Below, piece by piece: positions 10,516-22,727 of a DNA stretch of 64,000 nucleotides (the stretch's first letter is position 1; each line of letters starts with the position of its first letter). The notes beneath the pieces are model-generated. The model searched no databases and was not told the origin of the DNA. It saw only the letters and a list, made by a program, of their open reading frames with translations. Origin of the DNA: Octopus vulgaris (taxonomy: Eukaryota); contig OX597817.1 of NCBI GenBank assembly GCA_951406725.2, positions 75,082,001 through 75,146,000 of the forward strand, in the 5' to 3' direction. Position numbers and translations under genes: made by a program.

Positions 10516-11135
10516 CAAATCTCAAAGCTACAAGATAATGTATGATTAATTCAAAACAATGTGAATAAATAAGCATTACATTTGGCAGAATAATCTGAAT
10601 ACTAAAAGGTTAAGCCATGCATGACTAAGTGATAAAGAAGTTCATTTTATAATCATGAAATCCTGAGTGTGTGACAACTTTATTATATCTCCAGGTGACC
10701 TGTACCTTGTGAATGAAATTAGGCAGATGGAAGCTGATGAAGTTCATTGGATGGAGTGTATCTGTGATTCAAAGGTCTTTGTCACATACTGAGTCACATT
10801 GATTCAGTTTCAGAAGTACATTAAGAAGACATGGTTCTATGGAATACACAGCCACTTATATGTTAATTTAACAACTCTAATTCTCAGGTGATTGAACAAC
10901 TGAATGATCATTGTCAAAATTTATAAGACAATCTGTTTCCATCATCAAACTATGTATAATTGACACTTAACTGTAATACCCTTCAACCACTGGCTCACTT
11001 AACTGTCAAGTTTACATTACAATACTCTAATCTCTCTAACACTTTTGATACCAACCCACCTGAGACCGCAGTGATTTAAATTAAAATCTACCCTCAAAAT
11101 CACATGTTAATTTCTGTTACAAACACCAGCATAAT

Positions 11136-11421
11136 TTTTCATGCTAAGAATTGCTGAAGCATGGAACAAACTGCTGGCATCAGTTGTTAGTTGTCGGAGA
11201 ACTGCATCCTTCAAAACTTCCATGCTTCCTGAGATTCACCAACACTACACCTGATTTTCCTCCCTCCATACACACACAAGCATGTATCTGACTCATACAC
11301 TGTTCACTTCCCAGACATTTGTACATTACTGCATATGCTTTATACGAACTTTTGACAAGTTGTGGTACACCTGAGCACTGTATACAATAATTTCATTATT
11401 GTTATTATTATTATTATTATA
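11136..11421 (+). mobile_element. CR1/L2 3' end fragment with (ATT)n tail, nested in a MITE-like repeat (~11037-11638)
   Basis: Encodes FMLRIAEAWNKLLASVV, matching the end of the 590..1276 ORF; shares the CACCTGAGCACTGTA.ACAAT tail. Confidence 0.85.
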
Positions 11422-12019
11422 ATGATAATGTTATGAAAAGGTAATACCCAACACCAGAGTAAGCCTATAACCTGTCAATCCAGAAGTTCCCTTCTATTTT
11501 TCTTATGCTCACCATCTATCACTAGCTTGCTAGGCCTGTCATGAAATGATGAAGATATTTTGATAAATTCTTAATCATTTTTAAAATTGATTGAAACCAA
11601 TTGTAATTTCAACAGAAATATAGTAACAAAAGAGTTAATTGTTAAATCCAAAACTCACATAATGTCTTTGATTCTTCTTTTAACAATTCTATAGTGTTTT
11701 AGTTTCCTAATTTGATATCAAACACTTTGATCTATTTTCTTCAAGAATTACATCCTCCTAAAATTTTTGCCTTGTCCATATATTCTAAGCAGCAACAATT
11801 GAGATTAAGAACCTGCCTGAGACTGCCTGTTTCAAAGTGATCTCAAAATATTCCATCAAAATTCTATGTTAATTTGTTCCAAACACCAGCATAATAATGA
11901 TAAAAGTATTTTGAAAAATTCTTCATTATTTTCGAAAAATAATTGAAGTAAACACAGTGTATCTCAACAGAAATAGGGTAAAAAAAAAAAGGTTGAACAT
12001 CAACTATAATATCTTCTGT

Positions 12020-12300
12020 AAGGGTGGATGGCCTAGTGATTAGAGTGTTACACTCGTGATCACAAGATCATGGTTTCAATTCCTGGACCTGGTGGTACAT
12101 TTTGTTCTTGAGAAAAACACTTCATTGCATGTTGCTCTGTGATCACTTTGACACCTGAAATGTGGTACACCATGCACTTATTCAGGCAATGTTGATTTGA
12201 TGGAGGAGTGAGCTAATGTTCACAAACATTCAATCATTATAAACAAATCATTTGTACAGATTGTTCAGCAAGAAATTGCAGAACCTACCATCATTATAAT
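12020..12300 (+). mobile_element. Second tRNA-derived SINE family
   Basis: A-box-like TGGCCTAGTG and B-box-like GGTTTCAATTCC; related inverted copy at ~14560-14820. Confidence 0.6.
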
Positions 12301-13019
12301 ATCCTCTTCCCCATCATGTCATCATTCTTAGAATAGAACTCTATGATGCTCTGTCCCTGTCAATTAGCAGTTAGTAAAATGGACTGAGAAAATAACTACC
12401 AGGCTTTAAAAATAAGTACTGGGGTTGATTCATTTGACTAAAACCCTTCAAGGCGATGCCCCAGCATAACTGAAACAAGTAAAAGATATAATAAACACAA
12501 GTATTTACTTACATAGAAGTCCTTTTATTTGTACAACAGAATTAAGACAAAACATATGCGAAAATAACACCAATAGGGAAGTATGTGGCCCTTATGGATT
12601 TGGAAAACATTTGTAGAAAAACAATATAAACCAGGGTTTCTCAACCATTTATCTACAGACCCTTTTGATTACTCTTTTATTCTGGTGGACACCCATAGCC
12701 ATTCAATGTTTAAAAACTAGTTTTATAGAAACTTTTTTTCAAAATACTTATTTCGTTTTTCACACATTAATTCGTGTAGGTTTACTGTGTAAAATTTTAA
12801 AGAAAGAATTTCTTGCAATACATACATCTAAAGCAAAATTTTTCAGGCCCCTTAAATTGTGGACCTCAATTTACTATTTTGTTACATTGAACCCCACAAA
12901 ATCTTTTGAGGACCATTGATGCAAACAAAGGTAAACTATCAACTAGAACTATATTTAAATCTTAGACTGAAACTGAAAAAATAAAACCAACTGACCAGTC
13001 AAATCAAAAAAGATGGTTA

Positions 13020-13540
13020 GTTGTAGAAATGGTACTTTTAGTGAGGGGAGAGAAAGACAGAGACTGAAAGAGAAGGGAGAGCCATGCAGAAGAAGCAAGA
13101 GTAGGAATAGATGGAATAAGAAAAAAGGAGGAGAAAATTAAGAGATGAACTGATATGAAAAAGGAGTGTGGAAAGAAAAAAGAAAAAAGGCAGGTGATGT
13201 CGTACACAATGGAGGAAATAGAAAGAGAATAAAGAGAGGACAGATTGATAAATAGAAATGTAGATAAAGCCAGAATGATAGATGTAGAGAAAGACAGGAA
13301 ATATAAAAGGAAGGATGCACAAAATAAAAACAAAGATGGAGAGGTAGACAGAAAGGTAGCCAGAAAAAGCAATAGAGAGGTAAGAATGAAGAAGAATAAA
13401 TAGATAAACAGAGTTGTTGCACTAAATGGAAACCACTGATAGTGGGTGCAGAAAAAGTATGTAGCTTTATAATAGTAAAATGGGGCACAGAAGGATGATG
13501 AAGGAACATACAGAAATAGGAAAAAGCTCAAAGAATGTGG
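13020..13540. repeat. Purine-rich (GA) low-complexity tract
   Basis: Strong A/G strand bias, which produces spurious F/L/S-rich ORFs on the minus strand. Confidence 0.8.
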
Positions 13541-13544
13541 ACAC

Positions 13545-14512
13545 ACCCACCCCTCATCAGTTATTAACCAAAAATCGTCACTGCTTAGTGCTGGATTTGC
13601 CTATCGACTAGCAATCAAGACTCTAAGGCTGCAAAAGCTGCTCACAACATTTGTGCTGTGTATGGAGAGGGTGCCATAGCTGAAAGAACCGTTCGTGATT
13701 GGTATGTCAAGTTCAAAACTGGAAATTTTGACCTCAAAGATGCACCTCGTTCTGGCTGTCCAAGTGAGTTCGATGAAGAGCAAATAAACCAAATTTTGCA
13801 TGAAAATTCTTGTCAAACAAGTAAACTAGCAGAGAAAATGGAATGCTCCCACACTGCTATAGAGAAGCATCTTCACTTGATGGAAAAGGTTCACAAGTAT
13901 GGAGCATGGGTTCTGCATGTTTTAAGTGATAACAACAAAAATCAATGAGCCACAGTCTCCACTGGTTTGCTTGCTCGTCACCGCTCAACTCATGGACACA
14001 AGCAACGATTTCTTTACCAAATCGTTACTGGAACCAAATGATCAATGCGGAACTCTATGTTCAACAAATGGAAGAATTCAACATGACTGTTCAAGAGAAA
14101 CGATTTAATCGGTAGCATGGAGTTCTTCTGCTGCAAGACAACGCCCGCCCTCATATTGCCAATATGACCAAAGAAGCCATTCAAAAGCATGGCTGGGAAG
14201 TGCTGCCACACCCGCTGTACTCTCCTGATTTGGCACCAATGGATTTCCACCTCTTTCAATCTATTTCAAATGATATGCGTGGAATTTCATTCAATACCGA
14301 TGCAGAATGGAGAACTTGGTTGGATCAATTTTTCAAGTCAAAATCAGGTGATTTCTACCAACGAGGTATTGAAAATCTTGTCTGAACGTAGGGAAGAAGT
14401 TGTAAACAACAAGGGTGAATACATTATTGATTAATTAGTTGTTATTTTTTATTAAACCTTTTAAAAAATTTAAATTTAAAAAAACGGCAGGAACTAGTTT
14501 CCAACCCAATAT
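13545..14512 (+). mobile_element. Decayed mariner (DD34D-type) transposon
   Basis: Fragments YGEGAIAERTVRDW...DAPRSG, GAWVLHVL (WVPHEL), QDNARPH and HPLYSPDLAPMDFHLF; 3' TIR-like GGAACTAGTTTCCAACCCAA-TA. Confidence 0.9.
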
Positions 14513-15135
14513 ATCATCAGGATACATAAGACTGATGTGATCTCTGATATTTTGTTATGGACTTACCTGTCATAGATGACAAATCAGTGTTCCACAATTC
14601 CTTGCTGAACAACTGGCACAGATGATTTGCTTATAGTAATCAAATATTTGTGCAGTACATTAACTCGCACACTCCATCAAATTGACATTACCTGTACAGA
14701 TAGCAGTGTCATATGTTAGATGTCAAAATGATTGCAGAGCAATGTAAGATGAAGTGCTTTGCTTATGAACACAATGCACAGCCTGGTTCAGGAATCAAAA
14801 CCATGATCACTTGATTGTGATTAGTGAGCAGATATCTATTAGTAAACAAATAAGTGATAAATTTCTTTTTGGATAGGAATGCATAGCAGGAATTGAAGTA
14901 AAAATGTCAATGAAATACTTATCAATCTTTGAGTGTATTCACAAACTGCAGTAGTGAGTTATATCTATTTTTTAAACCTATTGACAGCTAGGGAATCAGA
15001 GCATAGTGTCTTTGCCATGGTCAAGCCGTTTGTACCTACATGTAAACCATTAACTATATATGAACTACTGCCATCATTTATCTTGCATCAGTCATCTAAA
15101 GCAGATGAAAACTGAAAGCCTGTCATGTATATATA

Positions 15136-16412
15136 CGAGGGAAAGTCAAAAATTATACACTCTTGTTTTTTCAATGTATTTGCACAAAAGTAAGGGATAA
15201 ACAAGTATATCACTTTTCTATATAGTCTCCTTCCTTTCCAATGCACTTGGTTCAGCAATCCACAAGCTTGCATATTCCCCACAAGAAGGTTTTTGGTTGT
15301 TTGTACAACTGCTTTCTTCATATCTTCATCCATAAGAAATCAACAACCTCATAAACCATTTTTGAGCAGTCCAAAGTTATGATAGTTAGAAGGGGTGAGA
15401 TTTGGTCTGTAGGCAGGGTGTTCCAGCACCTCAAAACCCAATTGGTTAATGGTTTCAAAAGTCTGGGTGGCTGTGTGTGAGCATGCATTGTCATGCAACA
15501 ACAAAACTTTCTTCAACAATTGGCTCCAGCATTTGGTGCAAATTGCTGGCTTCAGTTTGTTAGCCAGCAAAGCACTGTATCTTGCACTGTTGATCGTACA
15601 CCCCTTTTCTAGATAGTCTAGTATAGGACCTTTGAGTCCTTAAAAAGGGTTAGCATCACCTTTTCTGTGAAAGACCGAGTCTTGAATTTCTTCCTTGCTG
15701 GCAAACCAGGATGTTTCCACTACATACTCTGTCTTTTGGATTTTGCCTCATAATGATGGACCCACATTTCATCTCCTGTGACTATACAGCTCAAAAATTC
15801 ATCGACCTCATTGTTGTAGTGATAGAGTAAATGTTGGTAGACCTCAAGGTGCTTGTGCTCTTCTGTAAGCTCTCTTGGCACTCATCTTGCACAGACGTTA
15901 TGGAAGCTGAGCACATTGTGGATGATTTGATAGGTAGAACCATGACTAATCTGCAGAGAACGAGCTACCTCATTGATGACAATTCACTGGTTCACTTATT
16001 ACCTTCTCTTGAGCTTGCTGAATTTTCTCGTCAGTAGTGGAGGCTGACAGGCATCCTGCTCCATCTCCATGTGTTACATTTGTCTGGCAGCTTTTAAACT
16101 TCTCAATCTACTCATACATGCTTCTATGCAATAGTGCACTGTCCCCATATTGTGCTAAATGCCTCCAACGAATTTCAGCATCTGACATACCTTCTATCGG
16201 GAGAAATTGGATCACTATTCTTTGTTGCACATTGTTAGTGCAGTGGCCAAGCTTTCACTGTAAAGCCAGAAAGCAAAATGACGTGATCAGGTTCAAACTT
16301 TGATCACACGATCAAAATAGTAACAACTATAAGCACAATTGTGCAGAAGATAGTGTGACAATAATAAAGATACGCTAAGGTCAATGTGCAGATAATTTTT
16401 GACTTCCCCTCA
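15136..16412 (-). mobile_element. Decayed full-length mariner transposon
   Basis: TIRs TA-CGAGGGAAAGTCAAAAATTAT / ATAATTTTTGACTTCCCCTCA-TA; LLLHDNACSH and LEHPAYRPNLTPSNY. Confidence 0.9.
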
Positions 16413-16498
16413 TATATGTGTTTGTGTGTGTGTGTGTGTGCGTGCATGCGTGTGTGTGTATGTGTGTATCTATGTATATGTGTGTGTGTATGTATACA

Positions 16499-16537
<39 letters not shown>

Positions 16538-17060
16538 AATGGAAATTGTAGTTGTGATACCTGTGCTAGTGGCATGTAAAAAGCACCATCCGTACGGGGC
16601 CAATGCCAGCGCCACCTCAACTGGCTTCCATGTCGGTGGCACGTAAAAAGCACCAACTGATCATGGTCATTGGCAGCCTCCCCTGGCACGTAAAAAGTAC
16701 CCACTACACTCATGGAGTGGTTGACGTTAGGAAGGGCATCAAGCTGTAGAAACACTGCCAGATCAGACTAGAGACTGGTGCAGCCTCCTCGCTTCCCAGA
16801 CCCCGGTCAAACCGTCCAACCCATGCTAGCATGGAAAACGGATGTTAAACGATGATGATATATATATCATCATCATCATCATTTAATGTCCGTTTAGTCA
16901 AACAAATCGACACCAGGACTTATTCGTAGTAAGCCTAATATTTATTCTAGCAATCACTTTTCCTGAACCATTAAGTTAGGGAGATGTAAATACACCAATA
17001 TTGGTTGTCAAGCGATGGTGGCAGAACAAACACGGACATACAAAATCATACACACACACT

Positions 17061-17114
<54 letters not shown>

Positions 17115-17115
<1 letters not shown>

Positions 17116-17323
17116 TTTTATTCTTTTACTTGTTTCAGTCATTTGACTGGAACCATGCTGGAGCACTGCCTTTAGTTGAATAAATTGACCACAGAACTTA
17201 TTCTTTGTAAGCCTAGTACTTATTCAGTCGGTCTCTTTTGGCAAACCACTAAGTTACGGGAATGTAAACACACCAACATTAGTTGTCAAGTGATGGTGGG
17301 GGGACAAACACAGATACACAAAC

Positions 17324-17356
<33 letters not shown>

Positions 17357-17490
17357 AACAACAGGCTTCTTTCTGTTTTTGCCTACCAAATCCACTCACA
17401 AGGCCCAAGTAGAAGATGCTTGCCTGAGGAGCCACGCATTGGGACTGAATCCAGAACTATGTGGTTGGGAAGCAAGCTTCTTTCCACACA
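17115..17490 (-). mobile_element. tRNA-derived SINE
   Basis: Reverse complement of the 21738 family. Confidence 0.75.
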
Positions 17491-17498
17491 TATATATA

Positions 17499-18748
17499 TA
17501 GAGTATGGTGAATAAATTGTCATCTAAATAATGCAAAACTGAAAATAACACTGACTTCTCATTTTAACAGATATATTTTACAAAATTACATAAAAATATC
17601 TTGAAATACTAAAGAGTAAATTTATTCAATAAAATTGCCATTGGCTTCAACCACGACCTCAAGATAACTTCAGAATCTCCTGAAAATCTTCTGGACGGTC
17701 TCCTTGTTTAAGTTGGTGAAAGCTACCATAGTCAGTTTATCTTTGGTATTACAACATGTTTTGTTGGTCTCCCGCTCAACTGCATTCCACATATAGTAAT
17801 CAAGGAGGCTGCAGTCTGGCCAGTTAGGTGGCCTGATGTTAGGGGTGATGTGGTCAAAGAAATTGTCAGATAGCCATGACAAGGTTCTTCTGATTGTGTG
17901 ACATGGTGCAGAGGCCTGTTGCTAGACATAGAGTCTTCCAGCAGCCACTCTCTTGACCCAGGGCAGCACTACCTCCTCTAGGCACTTGATGTAGGCCTCC
18001 ATGTTAAGTCTAAGGCCATGTGGGAATATGAATGGAGGCATGATGTTGACTGGATTTTTGCTTTTTATCACTTTCGGTATGTTTTGGAGACACGGCAAGC
18101 CAACAGTTGTTCTGTGCATTCACCATCTGATCCTGGCAGAAATTTTTCTCAACCGAGAAAAACCAAAGCATGTTCAGTTGAAGGAGATTGTTGAGGTTGT
18201 TAAAAAGCTTTGTAGCATGGTCTTTTCTCTTGTCATTGATGTCTTGGGATAAAAATTGGCCCTTTCTTATCTTGTGTGAGGAACACCAAATGTCTTCATG
18301 CACTACCTACCTGATAAGGAACTCAGACATTCCCACGTCTCTGGCGATAGACCTGATTGACTTGGAGAGATTGTTCTCAATCTGACCCTGCATCTCACCA
18401 ACAAATTCAAGAGTTCCTTTTTAATCAGAATGATCAGAGTGAGTTTTCTGAGCAGCCATCCTTTCGTAATCACCACAAGACTCATCCAAATCTTTCCAAA
18501 CCTCTGCACTGTCCTCAGATTAACACTCAAACACTTTCAAATGTTCATATTGGAGCTTCTGGCACAAATGCCGAGTAGTACAGCATATTGATTCCAAATT
18601 TCTGGCAGAGTGAGTTGTGTCATGGGGCTGTTTTTCTCACAGACGGTGCCCAACTGGCCCTTCTATACTGTATAGTCAACAAAATCAAAAACAAACAATG
18701 TGCATGTGTGAAATAAAAAATATAAAATAGTAACAATTTACCCATCAC

Positions 18749-18754
<6 letters not shown>
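17499..18754 (-). mobile_element. Decayed Tc1/mariner-superfamily transposon (possibly maT-like)
   Basis: RPPNWPDCSLLDYYMWNAVE (WPPNSPD.NPLDY motif), WFFSVEKNF, YIKCLEEVVLPW; degenerate TIRs at both ends. Confidence 0.85.
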
Positions 18755-18810
<56 letters not shown>

Positions 18811-19218
18811 AAAACAGGTTGCTTGACCGCAACCTGTTTGCCTGTCCCTTTTCTTATATACAATATATATACTGAACTTTACAGAAGTTCCTGCCGGTAA
18901 TCGGCTATATTTACATACCGAATTCTACCAGTAAATAATTGGGGTTTTTTTAAAAGCCTTTATAGAAATTATTTACTCTTATTATTATATTACTATTTGG
19001 ATTTTTCACTCCATTATGACAACCCAATAGTTCCCAATCTTATGGAACTATTTTTGTAGTGCGCATGGCAAAATTTTGGAGGGAAGATTTACGAATTCAA
19101 ACGTCTATGTAGGTTTAGCTTTTGCTCACTTTCTTCAAATATTTTGATGTCGCATGGTCAGAAGGTTTGAGGTACGTAGCATTTGATAAATCTATGATAA
19201 ATCTTTTTCAATGGAAAG

Positions 19219-19331
19219 CTGTGCTGAAGAAGGATGTGAAATATATATGCAATGTATATAAAATATATATCAAAAATATATATGAAATATATATTCAATA
19301 TGTTTATAATCCAGAAACATGATGTTCACAG
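19219..19331 (+). ncRNA. Type I hammerhead ribozyme motif (array B, copy 1)
   Basis: Stem I CTGTG(19219-23)/CACAG(19327-31); CTGAAGA 19224-30; 83-nt stem II a-GGAT...ATCC-a; GAAA 19314-17; stem III CA-TGA-TG; GUU triplet ending at 19326. Confidence 0.75.
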
Positions 19332-19861
19332 ATAACCGCCAGACTTCGTTTTCGTTATCTATTCCTTCTGTTTTGCATATGTGAATTACAGAGTTTGGCG
19401 TGCCCGGAGTCCAACTTTGATAGAAATAAGCATTCTTGACTGCTATTTCTATTTTTTCGGTATGCGGTCAAGCAACCTGTTTGCCTGTCCCTTTTCTTAT
19501 ATACAATATATATACTGAACTTTACAGAAGTTCCTGCCGGTAATCGGCTATATTTACATACCGAATTCTACCAGTAAATAATTGGGGTTTTTTTAAAAGC
19601 CTTTATAGAAATTATTTACTCTTATTACTATATTACTATTTGGATTTTTCACTCCATTATGACAACCCAATAGTTCCCAATCTTATGGAACTATTTTTGT
19701 AGTGCGCATGGCAAAATTTTGGAGGGAAGATTTACGAATTCAAACGTCTATGTAGGTTTAGCTTTTGCTCACTTTCTTCAAATATTTTGATGTCGCATGG
19801 TCAGAAGGTTTGAGGTACGTAGCATTTGATAAATCTATGATAAATCTTTTTCAATGGAAAG

Positions 19862-19974
19862 CTGTGCTGAAGAAGGATGTGAAATATATATGCAATGTAT
19901 ATGAAATATATATCAAAAATATATATGAAATATATATTCAATATGTTTATAATCCAGAAACATGATGTTCACAG
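19862..19974 (+). ncRNA. Type I hammerhead ribozyme motif (array B, copy 2)
   Basis: Same motif, +643 bp. Confidence 0.75.
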
Positions 19975-20504
19975 ATAACCGCCAGACTTCGTTTTCGTTA
20001 TCTATTCCTTCTGTTTTGCATATGTGAATTACAGAGTTTGGCGTGCCCGGAGTCCAACTTTGATAGAAATAAGCATTCTTGACTGCTATTTCTATTTTTT
20101 CGGTATGCGGTCAAGCAACCTGTTTGCCTGTCCCTTTTCTTATATACAATATATATACTGAACTTTACAGAAGTTCCTGCCGGTAATCGGCTATATTTAC
20201 ATACCGAATTCTACCAGTAAATAATTGGGGTTTTTTTAAAAGCCTTTATAGAAATTATTTACTCTTATTACTATATTACTATTTGGATTTTTCACTCCAT
20301 TATGACAACCCAATAGTTCCCAATCTTATGGAACTATTTTTGTAGTGCGCATGGCAAAATTTTGGAGGGAAGATTTACGAATTCAAACGTCTATGTAGGT
20401 TTAGCTTTTGCTCACTTTCTTCAAATATTTTGATGTCGCATGGTCAGAAGGTTTGAGGTACGTAGCATTTGATAAATCTATGATAAATCTTTTTCAATGG
20501 AAAG

Positions 20505-20617
20505 CTGTGCTGAAGAAGGATGTGAAATATATATGCAATGTATATGAAATATATATCAAAAATATATATGAAATATATATTCAATATGTTTATAATCCAG
20601 AAACATGATGTTCACAG
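20505..20617 (+). ncRNA. Type I hammerhead ribozyme motif (array B, copy 3)
   Basis: Same motif, +1286 bp. Confidence 0.75.
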
Positions 20618-20906
20618 ATAACCGCCAGACTTCGTTTTCGTTATCTATTCCTTCTGTTTTGCATATGTGAATTACAGAGTTTGGCGTGCCCGGAGTCCAA
20701 CTTTGATAGAAATAAGCATTCTTGACTGCTATTTCTATTTTTTCGGTATGCGGTCAAGCAACCTGTTTGCCTGTCCCTTTTCTTATATACAATATATATA
20801 CTGAACTTTACAGAAGTTCCTGCCGGTAATCGGCTATATTTACATACCGAATTCTACCAGTAAATAATTGGGGTTTTTTTAAAAGCCTTTATAGAAATTA
20901 TTTACT

Positions 20907-20959
<53 letters not shown>

Positions 20960-20976
20960 ATATATATCTGTGTATG

Positions 20977-21630
20977 TAGGTCATTAAGAATGAAATGTCC
21001 AATTTTCTTATGCACCAAGTGTTTGACAGTTGTTAACTCTAATGTTTTATCCCGACAATTCTTTGTTTTACAGCATTGAAGAGTTACATCACTTTTCGAA
21101 ATACAATTCATGGTGTCTGATTATATTGTGAGTTTTCTTTTCTAAATCAATTTTTGTGAATCCATGGATAGCTCGAAACATCAATGAGGTATTTGGTGAA
21201 GATGTAGCAAATGAGTGCGCTGTATGTTGATGGTTTAAGAAGTTCAGCCCCATGGTAAACTTGTGACCAAAGTGGATAATGATGGGCTGGAAATTGTAGT
21301 GGAAGCAGATACATCTCAAACTATGCATAAGTTAGCAGCAAGGTTTGATGTTTCACTTCCAACTGTATTGGACCATCTGAAAGAAACCAGCAAGGTAAAG
21401 AAGCTGGACAAGTGGGTACCACATGAACTGAATGAGCATCAAATGACACGTCATCTTGAAACTTGCTGTTCTTTGCTGTCATGGCATAAAAGTGAACCTT
21501 TTTTTGCATGTTATTGTTATGTGTGATGAAAAATGGATTGTTTTCAACAATAGCAAGCATTTTGCCGGGTGGTTGGATAGAGACAAAGGGCTAAACACAA
21601 TCCATAAAAGAATATTCACCAAAAAAAGCT
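20977..21630 (+). mobile_element. Decayed, 3'-truncated mariner transposon
   Basis: KVKKLDKWVPHELNEHQ and IVMCDEKWI (first catalytic D). Confidence 0.9.
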
Positions 21631-21737
21631 ATTTTAAACTACACTTTCTTCTTACTCAATAGCCACTTGCATTTTAGATAAGATCATAGTATATAGTTAA
21701 TGATTTGAAAAACTGTCATGTTACACGCATATGCACA

Positions 21738-22105
21738 TAGGAGTGGCTGTGTGGTAAGTAGCTTTCTTACAAACCACATGGTTCCGGGTTCAGTCCCACT
21801 GCGAGGCACCTTGGGCAAGTGTCTTCTACTATAGCCTCGGGCTGACCAAAGCCTTGTGAGTGGATTTGGTAGACGGAAACTGAAAGAAGCCTGTCGTATA
21901 TATGTATATATATATGTATGTGTGTGTATATGTTTGTGTGTCTGTGTTTGTTCCACCAACATCGCTTGACAACCGATGGTGGTGTGTTTACGTCTCCGTA
22001 ACTTAGCAAAAGAGACCAATAGAATAAATACTAGGCTTCCAAAGAATAGTCCTAGGGTCGATTTGATCGACTAAAGGCGGTGCTCCAGCCTGAAACAAGT
22101 AAAAC
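21738..22105 (+). mobile_element. tRNA-derived SINE, well-preserved copy
   Basis: GGAGTGGCTGTGTGGTAAG (A box), GGGTTCAGTCCC (B box), GGCACCTTGGGCAAGT core, internal TA/TG tract, GAAACAAGTAAAA tail. Confidence 0.85.
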
Positions 22106-22139
22106 AGTAATGTGAGTGTATACACACATTCAGTACATT

Positions 22140-22720
22140 CCTCGTTGAGTTGAGTGCTCTCCAGCTTGATCTTATTCTCCATGAAATTTCATCATCAACC
22201 CATGCTTATAGCTTGGTTGAGATACAGACAACTTTCCACCCCCATCCACAACTTGACCGGGTGTCACATCTTTGGACTGCATGCACTTTGATTTTGCATG
22301 CTTGATCCTCAGGCCACTGGTGTTCAACTTGTCCTGCATGGTCTGTAACTGCCTTGTACTCTCTGTGGTGGATCACATATTCACTCTGATATGAAAGAGT
22401 ACGAGTTGCTTCTTTGTATCGCATTTGCTGATTATGTAAAGACCTTCAACAGTTTGGAGATCAATGCAGTGCTACAATCTCTTAAGAAGCAAGGTTTTGT
22501 GACACAGTACATGAACCTCCTTAAGGAGGCAAATTTGGGATGCACTATGGACGTGGCTTTGTTATCATAACATGTGTATCTTGGTCATGAAGGGAGTCAA
22601 ACAAGGAGATACCATCTCTCTGAAACTCTTCATGGCTTTTTTTGAAATAGCCATCAGAGATTTTGATTGGGACAGCAGCATACAAACCAACAGTTAGCTG
22701 CTTACCCGCTTCCAGTTCAC
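22140..22720. mobile_element. RTE-like reverse transcriptase fragments in opposite orientations
   Basis: Plus strand 22408-22720 reads CIAFADYVKTFNS...GVKQGDTISLKLF. Minus strand 22140-22400 reads LQTM...GLRIKHAKSKCM...EISWRIRSSWRA. Confidence 0.7.
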
Positions 22721-22727
22721 GGATATA

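Larger units (their letters stand above)
18809..20910 (+). mobile_element. Array B: ~3.2 tandem copies of a 643-bp non-coding unit with one hammerhead per unit and a short 5' inverted arm
   Basis: Period 643 (e.g. 19219/19862/20505); near-identical copies; (TA)n on both flanks; 18812-18831 is the reverse complement of the unit's TGCGGTCAAGCAACCTGTTT. Confidence 0.85.

Noticed and set aside
13004-13546. Long hydrophobic ORFs (also 7664-7901)
   Set aside because: Artefacts of purine/pyrimidine-skewed low-complexity DNA.
13658-14434. Functional or domesticated transposase among the mariner/pogo copies
   Set aside because: All copies in the window have multiple stops and frameshifts.
19122-20608. 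Repeated 66-aa ORF MLTFFKYF...
   Set aside because: TTG start, runs through the AT-repetitive stem II, and has no RT or GIY-YIG motif.
18809-20910. CRISPR array or plain satellite interpretation of the tandem arrays
   Set aside because: No repeat-spacer alternation; eukaryotic context; low copy number with ribozyme cores and inverted ends.
21738-21810. tRNA genes
   Set aside because: A/B boxes belong to SINE heads; no complete cloverleaf.
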